Shown piece by piece: positions 15,428 through 24,900 of a DNA stretch of 64,000 nucleotides (its first letter is position 1; the number at the start of each line of letters is the position of its first letter). The position numbers were made by a program, and so were the translations under genes. Source of the DNA: a virus (lineage: Duplodnaviria; Caudoviricetes); the IMG/VR virus record IMGVR_UViG_2974655483_000001, positions 32,001 to 96,000 of that record; one strand, given 5' to 3'. The notes under the pieces are model-generated. The model had not been told where the DNA came from, ran no database searches, and saw nothing but the letters and a program-made list of their open reading frames with translations.

Positions 15428-15612
15428 AGCAGAGGTAATCGGAGGTCCTTTGAGTAACACTTAGCGGCAGTACTAAATGTTACTTTGGCAGTTTATTGGG
15501 CCCCCTTAAATATAAAATAAGCCACTACCCTAACCTACAAAGGTTCCCAGACGCCTTAGATATTATTCAATAATACTTTAGTGTCAATCTAAAAAAATTT
15601 CTGAGGTAAAAA

Positions 15613-15831
15613 ATGGATGCTAAGACCCGCGTAGAGAGACAAGACACTCGTGTATGGGCACTAGAGCAACTAATAAGGTTAGAGGCATTCCTAGACCCTC
15701 GTATGTACGAGTGTGCAGACTATTACACATCATCTTATGCCTCTCAGGTTGTAGAAGATCTATATACACTATGGGTTGAGTGGAAAGAAGATAATCCCAC
15801 AGATAATCCCCAAGTAATAAATCGTATGTAA
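15613..15831 (+). CDS. Hypothetical cyanophage protein
   Basis: 72 aa, GAGGT ribosome-binding site. Confidence 0.75.
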   Translation: MDAKTRVERQDTRVWALEQLIRLEAFLDPRMYECADYYTSSYASQVVEDLYTLWVEWKEDNPTDNPQVINRM

Positions 15832-15838
15832 TAGAGTT

Positions 15839-16009
15839 ATGTCCCAGAGATTCACAACAATTTTAGAAGAGGATGATTTAGGAGATTTAATATTAGTAAT
15901 ACCTTATGAGGTATGTGAGGAGATGGGGTGGGATGTTGGTACAGAATTAGAGTATGAATTAGAAGACCAATCATTTATTTTAAAAAAGCATGACGAATCC
16001 GAAAATTGA
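15839..16009 (+). CDS. AbrB/MazE/SpoVT-like small DNA-binding protein (56 aa, missed by ORF track)
   Basis: MSQRFTTILEEDDLGDLILVIPYEVCEEMGWDVGTELEYELEDQSFILKKHDESEN; fits the swapped-hairpin pattern hxIPxxhxxxhGhxxGxxhxh. Confidence 0.7.
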   Translation: MSQRFTTILEEDDLGDLILVIPYEVCEEMGWDVGTELEYELEDQSFILKKHDESEN

Positions 16010-16229
16010 TCGCTGGGCAGATAATGCCGAAGCACACGAGATTATTAATGAATGTTTAATATCATTAGCAGAGCGATTAAAGAAACTAGAAGAGTATGTG
16101 GTACAGATTCCAACACCCGAAAAGATTTTGTATAAACCGAAGGGTGAGGAAGAGTATCTAAATTTAAAAGAAAATTATGATTTAATCTATAAAAGTATAG
16201 AGGAATTAAGGAATGGGATGCAAGACTAA
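15990..16229 (+). CDS. Hypothetical helical protein
   Basis: 79-aa ORF overlapping both neighbours. Confidence 0.7.
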   Translation: MTNPKIDRWADNAEAHEIINECLISLAERLKKLEEYVVQIPTPEKILYKPKGEEEYLNLKENYDLIYKSIEELRNGMQD

Positions 16230-18771
16230 TTATTCTTCAGGGGAAAGCAGTCCATGTTTTAGAACAAATCATTGTTCGGTGAATGTACCATTACCTGTAG
16301 ATCAAGCAACCACTGTAGAGTTTCGTGAGTATCCACTTTCAGAGATTCGTAATAGTAGTATCAACTATCAGATTGATAAGAGAGATAGTGTTGCGATTAT
16401 GCACCCAAGTATTGCATTACCAGCAGTATCTGGTGGCGGTTTACCTCCTGCTAGTGGTGCAACCTGTGGAAAAGTGTTTAGAGCAGCAACTTGTCTTGAT
16501 GTAAGTCAATGGGTCTATGATTATGTACCTAATGAGTTATCGTTTGACTTAGGATTTAGTGATCGATATTTTTCGTATCTATATGACACATCAGATAATG
16601 CTGGTCATGTTGGTATTGCTTGTTATTACTTAGAGACTAGAAATAGTACAAATACCACTGCTAGTACTCCTGCAAGTGGTACAGAGGGGCAACCTGATTA
16701 TGTTGCTGGCACTCCTGGTGTATCAACTACAACTTCATCGACTGTTTGTAAACCTTGTACAGCATTTACATGTGCTACAAGTAAGACTACTATATCCTAT
16801 TCTGGTACAGAAAATGTAACGGGCGACCCCGACGCGCCGCATCCCACATTATTTGCAATTGGTACAGATTCAGATAAAGTTGTAGTATCATATGATTCGT
16901 TAAGTACCACAATACCAAATGGTGTTACTGATATGGAGTTTTCATATGATGGTGTAACTTATACTGATGTATGGGATCAGACAACACAAGCAGGTCTTGT
17001 ATACGATTCACCTCAAAATCCATTTGTAACTGGTCAAAATCAATTAACTGACTTTGAAATTTATGACTTAGATGTTGGTCTTGCGACAGGATTCCGAATT
17101 AAAGTTGCTATTACATCAATTGCAGATGACACTGCAGAACCTGGACCCACCTTTTCTGGTGTTAGATGGCAGATTACAGAACTCATGGACCCTGGAGCAG
17201 ATTATGCAGTAGGTACAGTAATTCCTTTGACGTATGCATATACCAAACCAGACAATACAGTTGTTAATTTAACAATGAATTTAAAGATTACTGGAGTTGG
17301 TCCTACTACATCAGTATTATCTCAGGCAGGATTTAATATTCTAAGAGTAGGTGATACTCTTAATGGACATACAGTAACTCGTGCTTTTCATACTGATATT
17401 GATAATTTTCCATATCATGTCATTTATTTGAATGGTAGTGGTAGTAATTTTGTTAAAGATACGCAATATACATCTGATAGGAATCATGTAGTTACTGCAC
17501 ACGCAGGATTTGGCATTATAGACAGAGGAATACTAGTTGGAAAGTATGAATTTTCTGATAAATCTATACAATATAGCACTGTAGATGTTGATAAAAATGC
17601 ACCAGATGTGTTTAATACTCTTAAACAACCAGATGTTACTCTATCAGTATCAAATGGACGAGTAACAGGTGCCACAATCGTCTCTGGAGGTGCTGGATGG
17701 AAAGATGGTGCTACTCTTTCGGTAAGTTCTCCGCAAGATGCTTTTAAATTTGAGCTAGATGATGACGGTCGTGTGGAATCCGTAGTAACAAACCCCAAAA
17801 ACGAGTCTAATATTGCTAAATTAGAAGGAACTTTTACTAATGGAGTGCTAACTGCGGTAACTGTAGTCGATGGCGGTAAAGGATATAACACAGTATTGAC
17901 AAATGTGGACGAAGATGGTAATGAATATACCGAAGAAAATCTACCTACCGTGTTTGTGAGTGATATTGTAAATTATAAGACAAGTACTGCTCCAAATGCA
18001 GCATATGAACCCGAAAAAGCGGACGATTATATGGATACATTGGGTAAATTTCCTCAAGATATCTCTCCAGAACTAGAAAATCAAATTTTTAGCGGATTTG
18101 ACCAGGATCCTAAGTATATTGATAATATTCCTGCATCAAATATCAATCAAAAACGCGATCCTGAGCGATTAAAAATCGATAAACAACCGCAGAGACTATA
18201 TTCTGCGGCATCTGTCGATGAATATAGGGAAACTTATGAGTTAAAAGGTGATTTAACAGAGGATATTCTCGCTCCTGACTTTGATAGTAGTATTAAAGAT
18301 GCTGTCTTAAAGGGTTATAATGATGAAGTTAATGCAAGAAAGGAACATTCTGATGCATTGGTGCAAGAAGTAATCCCTGAGTCTACAATTGGTAATGAAG
18401 CATTGATTGAAACAGTTCAAGGTACATTTAACGATATTCCAGTTGCATCAACGTATACTAAATATTTTATGAAACAATATCGTCCAGATCCAACTTCGGA
18501 GGTTACACTGAAAGTTACTCTTGGTTGTGAAGTTGCTCAAGCAGGATGTGGACATGTTCCATGCTCTCCTGTACCATCTGTAGGGAGCACTACAAATAAT
18601 CCTGATGGTTCTACGGATGTGGTCACATTTACTCCACAAGTAGGACCTTTGGGGGGTGGTTGTAGAAACTGGAGTGCAACTGGAAACTTACCTATTTTGC
18701 ATGATATGACTTCATCTGGCAATACTTTTCGTGAAGCATGTGATGCTTTTGGAAATCCTTACGCTACTTAA
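16213..18771 (+). CDS. Putative virion/baseplate-associated protein with Cys-rich termini
   Basis: 852 aa; contains the GGxGY/W beta-module seen in other baseplate proteins; lies before PAAR and gp25. Confidence 0.7.
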   Translation: MGCKTNYSSGESSPCFRTNHCSVNVPLPVDQATTVEFREYPLSEIRNSSINYQIDKRDSVAIMHPSIALPAVSGGGLPPASGATCGKVFRAATCLDVSQWVYDYVPNELSFDLGFSDRYFSYLYDTSDNAGHVGIACYYLETRNSTNTTASTPASGTEGQPDYVAGTPGVSTTTSSTVCKPCTAFTCATSKTTISYSGTENVTGDPDAPHPTLFAIGTDSDKVVVSYDSLSTTIPNGVTDMEFSYDGVTYTDVWDQTTQAGLVYDSPQNPFVTGQNQLTDFEIYDLDVGLATGFRIKVAITSIADDTAEPGPTFSGVRWQITELMDPGADYAVGTVIPLTYAYTKPDNTVVNLTMNLKITGVGPTTSVLSQAGFNILRVGDTLNGHTVTRAFHTDIDNFPYHVIYLNGSGSNFVKDTQYTSDRNHVVTAHAGFGIIDRGILVGKYEFSDKSIQYSTVDVDKNAPDVFNTLKQPDVTLSVSNGRVTGATIVSGGAGWKDGATLSVSSPQDAFKFELDDDGRVESVVTNPKNESNIAKLEGTFTNGVLTAVTVVDGGKGYNTVLTNVDEDGNEYTEENLPTVFVSDIVNYKTSTAPNAAYEPEKADDYMDTLGKFPQDISPELENQIFSGFDQDPKYIDNIPASNINQKRDPERLKIDKQPQRLYSAASVDEYRETYELKGDLTEDILAPDFDSSIKDAVLKGYNDEVNARKEHSDALVQEVIPESTIGNEALIETVQGTFNDIPVASTYTKYFMKQYRPDPTSEVTLKVTLGCEVAQAGCGHVPCSPVPSVGSTTNNPDGSTDVVTFTPQVGPLGGGCRNWSATGNLPILHDMTSSGNTFREACDAFGNPYAT

Positions 18772-18776
18772 CTACT

Positions 18777-19328
18777 ATGGCATTTGCAGCATTGTATATG
18801 GGGTCATGTTCTGGACATGGAGCAGGTGCGGGAGGATCTTGGATGCCTGGACCTGGAGGAGGAGCTACTACACCCTGTTCTCCTGGAAATCTACCTAGTA
18901 TTACACATTTGCCAGGTCCAGTTCATGATGCTATGGCTACTTGGTTACCAACACCTTTACTTCCATTAACCCCATTGGGAGCAGCCCGAAATGTCTTTAT
19001 TAATGGTATAATACCTATTGTAGACCAAGATCTACTGACACCCCACCCAACACTATCAGTTTATGCTGTAACTAGAACAGTTGGTAAATGCACCATTGTG
19101 GCACCTGCAAATGCCTGGTGGTGTCATACCTATACTGGAGTAGGAACAGTAGCTGGTAGAGAGCCACCTATTGGTCATGCACGCAAAGCAATTGCAACTA
19201 CCCTATCCGTTTGGATTAATGGTAGGCGTGCATGTAGAGTAGGAGATCCTTTAGGGGATTTCACAACTGCATTCCCATGTAGGTCTCTTATTTCAGCGGG
19301 GTCACCAAACGTTATTATTGGAGTTTAA
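18777..19328 (+). CDS. PAAR-like baseplate spike-tip protein (gp5.4-like)
   Basis: CSGHG, NVFINGIIP, SVWINGRRACRVGDPL, ISAGSPNVIIG. Confidence 0.8.
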   Translation: MAFAALYMGSCSGHGAGAGGSWMPGPGGGATTPCSPGNLPSITHLPGPVHDAMATWLPTPLLPLTPLGAARNVFINGIIPIVDQDLLTPHPTLSVYAVTRTVGKCTIVAPANAWWCHTYTGVGTVAGREPPIGHARKAIATTLSVWINGRRACRVGDPLGDFTTAFPCRSLISAGSPNVIIGV

Positions 19329-19329
19329 A

Positions 19330-19476
19330 ATGGCAGCACGAAGAAAGTCCCTTTCTGGGGCAAACATGATTGAGGCATCGCCTAAAAAAAGTAGGCAAGG
19401 AAGAGGAAAGCATACGAAATATGCTTCAACTTCAAGGAATAACGCCAAGAAGCGTTATCGTGGTCAGGGTAATTGA
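19330..19476 (+). CDS. Small highly basic protein (48 aa)
   Basis: MAARRKSLSGANMIEASPKKSRQGRGKHTKYASTSRNNAKKRYRGQGN. Confidence 0.7.
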   Translation: MAARRKSLSGANMIEASPKKSRQGRGKHTKYASTSRNNAKKRYRGQGN

Positions 19477-19483
19477 ATAAATA
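19477..19483 (+). promoter_or_regulatory. T4-type late promoter
   Basis: ATAAATA 24 nt upstream of gp25. Confidence 0.7.
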
Positions 19484-19507
19484 GATAGGATATATCTCAT
19501 CGTGTAG

Positions 19508-19927
19508 ATGGCATTAAAGGAACTAGGGGGAAAGGACTTTAAAAAGTCGCGATCTTTCTCCGACATTTTGATTTCTATGCAGAGGAATCCTTTTACGGAT
19601 GATACCTCTGTTGTTAAAAATGATAATGCCATCAAACAAGCAGTTAAGAATTTAGTCCTTACGCAACCAGGTGAGAAACCTTTTCAACCGTTAGTCGGAT
19701 CTAAAGTTTATAATCTCCTCTTTGAACCTCTAGATGCTTTCACAGCAGATAGTATCAAGGATGAGATCATAAATACCATTAATCAGTATGAACCTAGGGT
19801 AGAACTTACAACTGTAGATGTTACTGCTATTACTGAAGGTAACAAACTAAATGTTACTATTGAGTATAGGATTGTAGGGTTACCGATTGTTGAAACAATT
19901 TCATTTGTTTTACAGAGACCTGAATAA
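19508..19927 (+). CDS. gp25: Baseplate wedge subunit gp25
   Basis: AIKQAVKNLVLTQPGEKPFQPLVGS...LLFEPLD...YEPRV. Confidence 0.95.
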   Translation: MALKELGGKDFKKSRSFSDILISMQRNPFTDDTSVVKNDNAIKQAVKNLVLTQPGEKPFQPLVGSKVYNLLFEPLDAFTADSIKDEIINTINQYEPRVELTTVDVTAITEGNKLNVTIEYRIVGLPIVETISFVLQRPE

Positions 19928-21957
19928 TGCAACCAAATAATTTAACAGCTTTAGATTTTGAGGATATAAAATCTTCTATTAAATCGTATCTAAGAACAAG
20001 AACAGAGTTTTCGGATTACGACTTTGATGGTTCTGCCTTGTCATATCTTATTGATATGTTGGCATACAATACTTACTATACTTCATTTAATGCAAATATG
20101 GCATTGAATGAAGTATTTTTGCAATCTTCTACAGTTAGAGATAATGTTGTTAATATATCAAAACTTTTAAATTATACCCCAAGGTCAATTTCAGCATCTA
20201 AGGCATGTTTGAAACTAAATTTAGCAACTTTACCTGTTAATGGAGTTTACCCTAGTTCTATCACATTAAAATCTGGGGCAGTTTGTACAGGGGGTAATTT
20301 TATTTGGAATATTCTTAATGATATTACTGTTGCAGTTAATACAACTACTGGTGCGGCAGAATTTGATAATGTCACAGTTTATGAGGGAAGTGTCCTTAAT
20401 TTCACTTACGTTGTAAATACATTTGCCAGACAAGTATATACAATTCCTTCTCAGAATGTAGATATTGATACGCTTACTGTTAAAATTAAATCTAACGAAT
20501 CTTCTACATCCTCAGATATTTACAGTAAAGTTGATATTGTTACTAACTTAACTGCGACTAGTAAATCATATTTTGTCTCCGAAGGCGAAGATATGAGATA
20601 TGAAGTTAAATTCGGAGATGATAGTGTTGGTAGAGCAGTAAAAGATGGCGAAGTCATTGATCTTCAATATTTGACTACTTCGGGTGCAGAAGCAAATGAA
20701 GTTAGTAGGTTCTCATTTATCGGTAGATTTGTAGATTCCTTTGATGTTGCCTATGGTGGATCTGTTGCATCAGTAACAGTCAAGGAGAGATCGCAGCAAG
20801 GGTCTGCAGCAGAGACTATTGAGTCTATTAAGTATAATGCTCCTAGATTCTATGCATCGCAGTACAGGGCGGTTACAGCGCAAGATTATGCATTGATTAC
20901 AAAAAATATATATTCTAATGCCGAAACTGTTGTTGCCTATGGTGGAGATTCTTTAAATCCTCCTATCTATGGAAAAGTATTCATTACAGTAAGAACAAAA
21001 ACAGGTTCTACACTTAATGATATTACAAAAAAACAACTTTCTTCGGATTTGAGGAAGTATGCAATGGCTGCTATTGATCCAGTTATTGTTGACCCTGATA
21101 ATATTTACATTTATACTAAAGTTTTTGCATTATATGATACTGGAAGTGGTTCAAATTCCTCTTCGATTAAAACAAATATCCAGAATGCTATAACTCAGTG
21201 GGCTAATCAGGTTAATATCAATAACTTTAACTCCACATTTAAAAGTCAGGATTATCAAAGAGCAATCGGTCTTTCAGATTCTGCAATTAGTGACGTTTCT
21301 GTTCAAACGACTCTTCTGAAGTATATTGAACCAACAACAAATCAAACAAACACATATTGCATTTCTACTGGAAGTGCTCTTTATAATAGTGCTCCTAGTC
21401 AAGATGCTGGTGATGGAACATGTAAGAAAGAACCTATTCTAATTTCAGGAACTTTCAGGACTTTTGATAGACCTGGTGTTGACCAACAGTTTGAGGATGA
21501 TGGATTTGGAAATCTTAGAACATATTACAATAGTGGTACTAAGAAAGTTTATACGAATGATAATGCAGGAACTGTAAATTATGATACTGGTAAGGTTTGT
21601 TTTGGTCCTATCAATATTATCGGGGCAGGGGTAAATATTACTGCTACAAGCAATCTTAATATTACAGATTCTGTTACTGGAGCAGGATTGGTTATCGATC
21701 TAGACCAACTTCCAAATAATCTCCAAATACCAGTACTACTCATTCCAGCAAACAGTACAACCATCCCTGCTTCCACTCCTGGAACAATTATTAACATTAT
21801 CAATCCCGAAGTTACTGTAGCACCAATTGGCACTACTCCTCCTACAACTATACCTCTAAATAGTTTGACGCCAAGTGTCTTCAATTCTACGCCAACTACG
21901 ATTGAACTTACACCATTAGACAATAGCGGCTCCGTAAACACTTCTAGTTGTTTTTAA
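19927..21957 (+). CDS. gp6: Baseplate wedge subunit gp6
   Basis: LDFEDIKSSIK..FSDYDFDGSALSYLIDMLAYNTYY; ETIESIKYNAPRFYASQYRAVTAQDY. Confidence 0.95.
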   Translation: MQPNNLTALDFEDIKSSIKSYLRTRTEFSDYDFDGSALSYLIDMLAYNTYYTSFNANMALNEVFLQSSTVRDNVVNISKLLNYTPRSISASKACLKLNLATLPVNGVYPSSITLKSGAVCTGGNFIWNILNDITVAVNTTTGAAEFDNVTVYEGSVLNFTYVVNTFARQVYTIPSQNVDIDTLTVKIKSNESSTSSDIYSKVDIVTNLTATSKSYFVSEGEDMRYEVKFGDDSVGRAVKDGEVIDLQYLTTSGAEANEVSRFSFIGRFVDSFDVAYGGSVASVTVKERSQQGSAAETIESIKYNAPRFYASQYRAVTAQDYALITKNIYSNAETVVAYGGDSLNPPIYGKVFITVRTKTGSTLNDITKKQLSSDLRKYAMAAIDPVIVDPDNIYIYTKVFALYDTGSGSNSSSIKTNIQNAITQWANQVNINNFNSTFKSQDYQRAIGLSDSAISDVSVQTTLLKYIEPTTNQTNTYCISTGSALYNSAPSQDAGDGTCKKEPILISGTFRTFDRPGVDQQFEDDGFGNLRTYYNSGTKKVYTNDNAGTVNYDTGKVCFGPINIIGAGVNITATSNLNITDSVTGAGLVIDLDQLPNNLQIPVLLIPANSTTIPASTPGTIINIINPEVTVAPIGTTPPTTIPLNSLTPSVFNSTPTTIELTPLDNSGSVNTSSCF

Positions 21958-21964
21958 AAAATAG

Positions 21965-24900
21965 ATGGATATCAATAAGGTTTCACACGTCTCCTCTTAT
22001 CAAACTCCTCAGTTTATAGAGAGTGAGTATCCCCTATTCAATAAATTTATTGAATACTATTATCAGTCCCAAGAAAAGACTGGATTGGGTCAAAATATCA
22101 TTAATAATTTTCTTCAATATCTTGATATTGATAAATTGGATATTGGTATTCTTGACGGTGTTACTAAAGTTGTTGATCCTGTTAATGTAACTGATACCAC
22201 AATCACTGTTGAGACTGTAGACCCCTTTCTTGAGAAAAATGGTTCTATTCTAATTGGTGATGAAGTAATTTATTATGAAGAGACTGTATCTTCTCCAAAT
22301 ATTGCATTAACTCCTGGTATTTCTTATACTCAGGTTCAACTTAAGTGGGTTCTGCTTGCCAACAATATTAGTCTCTTTGACGGTGTACGAAGAGTCTTTC
22401 CCTTAGTTTCTCAAGATAATCCTATCGGACCTTCTTCACCACAACACATTATTGTTAAAGTTTATGGAAAAACTTTAACTCCAGTAGTAGATTACACTGT
22501 TAGTGGAACTAACATTGTTTATACAATTGCTCCTAGAACGGCGACAGCGGCTGATGATACTAGTACTACTAGTGTTACATACTTAAATGGTTTTAGTGAG
22601 AATACCATTGTACAAATTGATGATATTTCTAGTGCTTTTGGTGATAATAAAACTACTTTTGAACTGACTGTTAATAGTGAGAAGTATGAACCTATTGCAG
22701 ATGAGTTTTTACTTGCTGTTTATGATGATAGACTACTTGTTCCTAAGGTAGATTATTTTATTGACGGATCTATCTTTATATTCAATGTAGCACCATTGAA
22801 TGGTAGATCTCTGTCCTTATATTCCATTGAAGCACCTATTCCATCTTTTGGTTCTGGTGCCGTTGGATATTCCAGAGTAAATGATCTTGGAAATATTAGT
22901 TCTGTAATTCCAAGTACAAACGGTTTTGGGTATAGATTTGATTATCCTCCCAAGGTTAGTGTAAATTCTAGTGTAGGTTCTGGTGCTTCTGTAAAGACCC
23001 TAGTAGATGGAATCAAGTCAGTTTCATTACTTAGTGGTGGTGCTGGATATAGCGAAAGTAATCCCCCTACTGTAAAAGTACAATTTCCTACAAAAGAAGG
23101 ATATGTAGAACCTACTTTAAAGGCAACAGTAACTAATGGTGCAGTTAGTGCTATTGACATCATTAGTTCGGGTAGTGGATATACATTTACTCCTAGAATC
23201 ACTTTTGAACAACCTGGAGGCGCTGTGCTTGCTCCCCCAACCATTGTTGGAGGATCGGTTAGTGGTGCTATTACTATTACTAATGGTGGTCAAGGATATA
23301 CTACTCCTCCTTTGGTATACATTGATGAACCCACTGGACTTGATGGTATTAAAGCATCATTTACAACTACCTTGACAGATGGTGAAATTACTGCTGTTAA
23401 TATTTTAAATGCTGGTCAGGGTTATGAAACAGTCCCTAGAATTTCTGTTATTGATCCTGTTGGAGCACAAGTTCTTGAAACTGTAGTTGATGGAGATGGT
23501 AGAGTTATTTCTGTCGAACTTCTGTTTGGTGGCAGCGGTTACACAGACGTTCCATCTGTTTATATTGTAGATAATCGTCAGAATGATGTTGGTACTTATA
23601 TTGGAGGAACGGGTGCTACTGCAGTAGCAGCAATCTTTAATGGACAAATCACTGATATTAACATTACTAACTTTGGTACTGGTTATAGTGCAGATAATCC
23701 TCCTCAAATTGTAATCCAAAAACCTGTTGATGCTAAAGCATCTGCAACAGTTGGTTTGCAGGAAATTACAGGTTTTTCTGTTCTTAAAGCAGGAAAGGAA
23801 TATACTAAAGCACAATTCCTTGGTTGTGCCAGAGCTGCTTCGGGTATTACTGATTATACGCAAGATGGTAATGCAGTATTCTCTAACAGCACTACAGCAG
23901 CAGAGGCATCAACAGATACCTCTGTAAAGTGTCTGGATGCATTGTTTATTAAAAGACTACTCGATAAGTATACTGAGCAGTTCTTACCTGATGTTCCTAC
24001 ACTTGATTATAGTAAGATTGATGTTCGTACATCTATTAAGACTATTAAAGACTTCTATTCTGCAAAGGGTACATCTTTCAGTATTGCATATTTGTTTAAA
24101 CTTCTTTATGGAGAAACTGTTACAGTTTCATATCCTAAAGATCAAATTATCAAACCATCTGCAGCAACCTGGTCTGTTGATACGGTTTTACGTGCAACAT
24201 TAGTTAGTGGTCTTCCAGAAAATATTCAAGATGGTCTTCTTGAGCAAGTTGCTGATATTTCAGATCCAAATATTTTAGCAGCAACAGCATTGATTGAAAA
24301 CTTTATTTCAATTCAAACTGCCCAAGATACAATATATGAACTAGCACTTTCAGAAGAAACAATTGAAGGTACATTTGTAGTTCCATACAAAACAAAACTT
24401 GCTGAACCTCTTAATACTACAGAAGGTATCATCACTGTTGACTCTACTATTGGATGGCCAGAAAGAAATGGTGAATTTGTAATTTCGTCAGGTGTTGGTT
24501 CTGAAGTTGTTCAGTACAAAGAAAAATCACTAAACCAGTTTATTGAGTGTACTCGTTCTGTTAATGGTGTTGTAGAAGATTGGGATTCTGCCACTCAGGT
24601 ATCGTCTAATTTTAATGTATTCATTAATAGAGGAACTGCTCAAGAAGTAGTATTGAATATTGTTGGTATTGTTGATGCTCAACAAACAACACTCACCGAT
24701 ACAGGTTCTTATTACTTACCAGGAGATAAACTGTTAATCTCTAAACTGGGTGGTACTGGAACAGGTCCAGAACTCACAACTTGGTTGTATAATGTTAAAA
24801 AGTTGATTGAAGTTGAATCAATCGCTTTTGGTGGAATTAATAATCAATCTGCTACTGTAACTTGCAGCAATCCTCATGGTCTATTGGTCGGAGATCAAGT

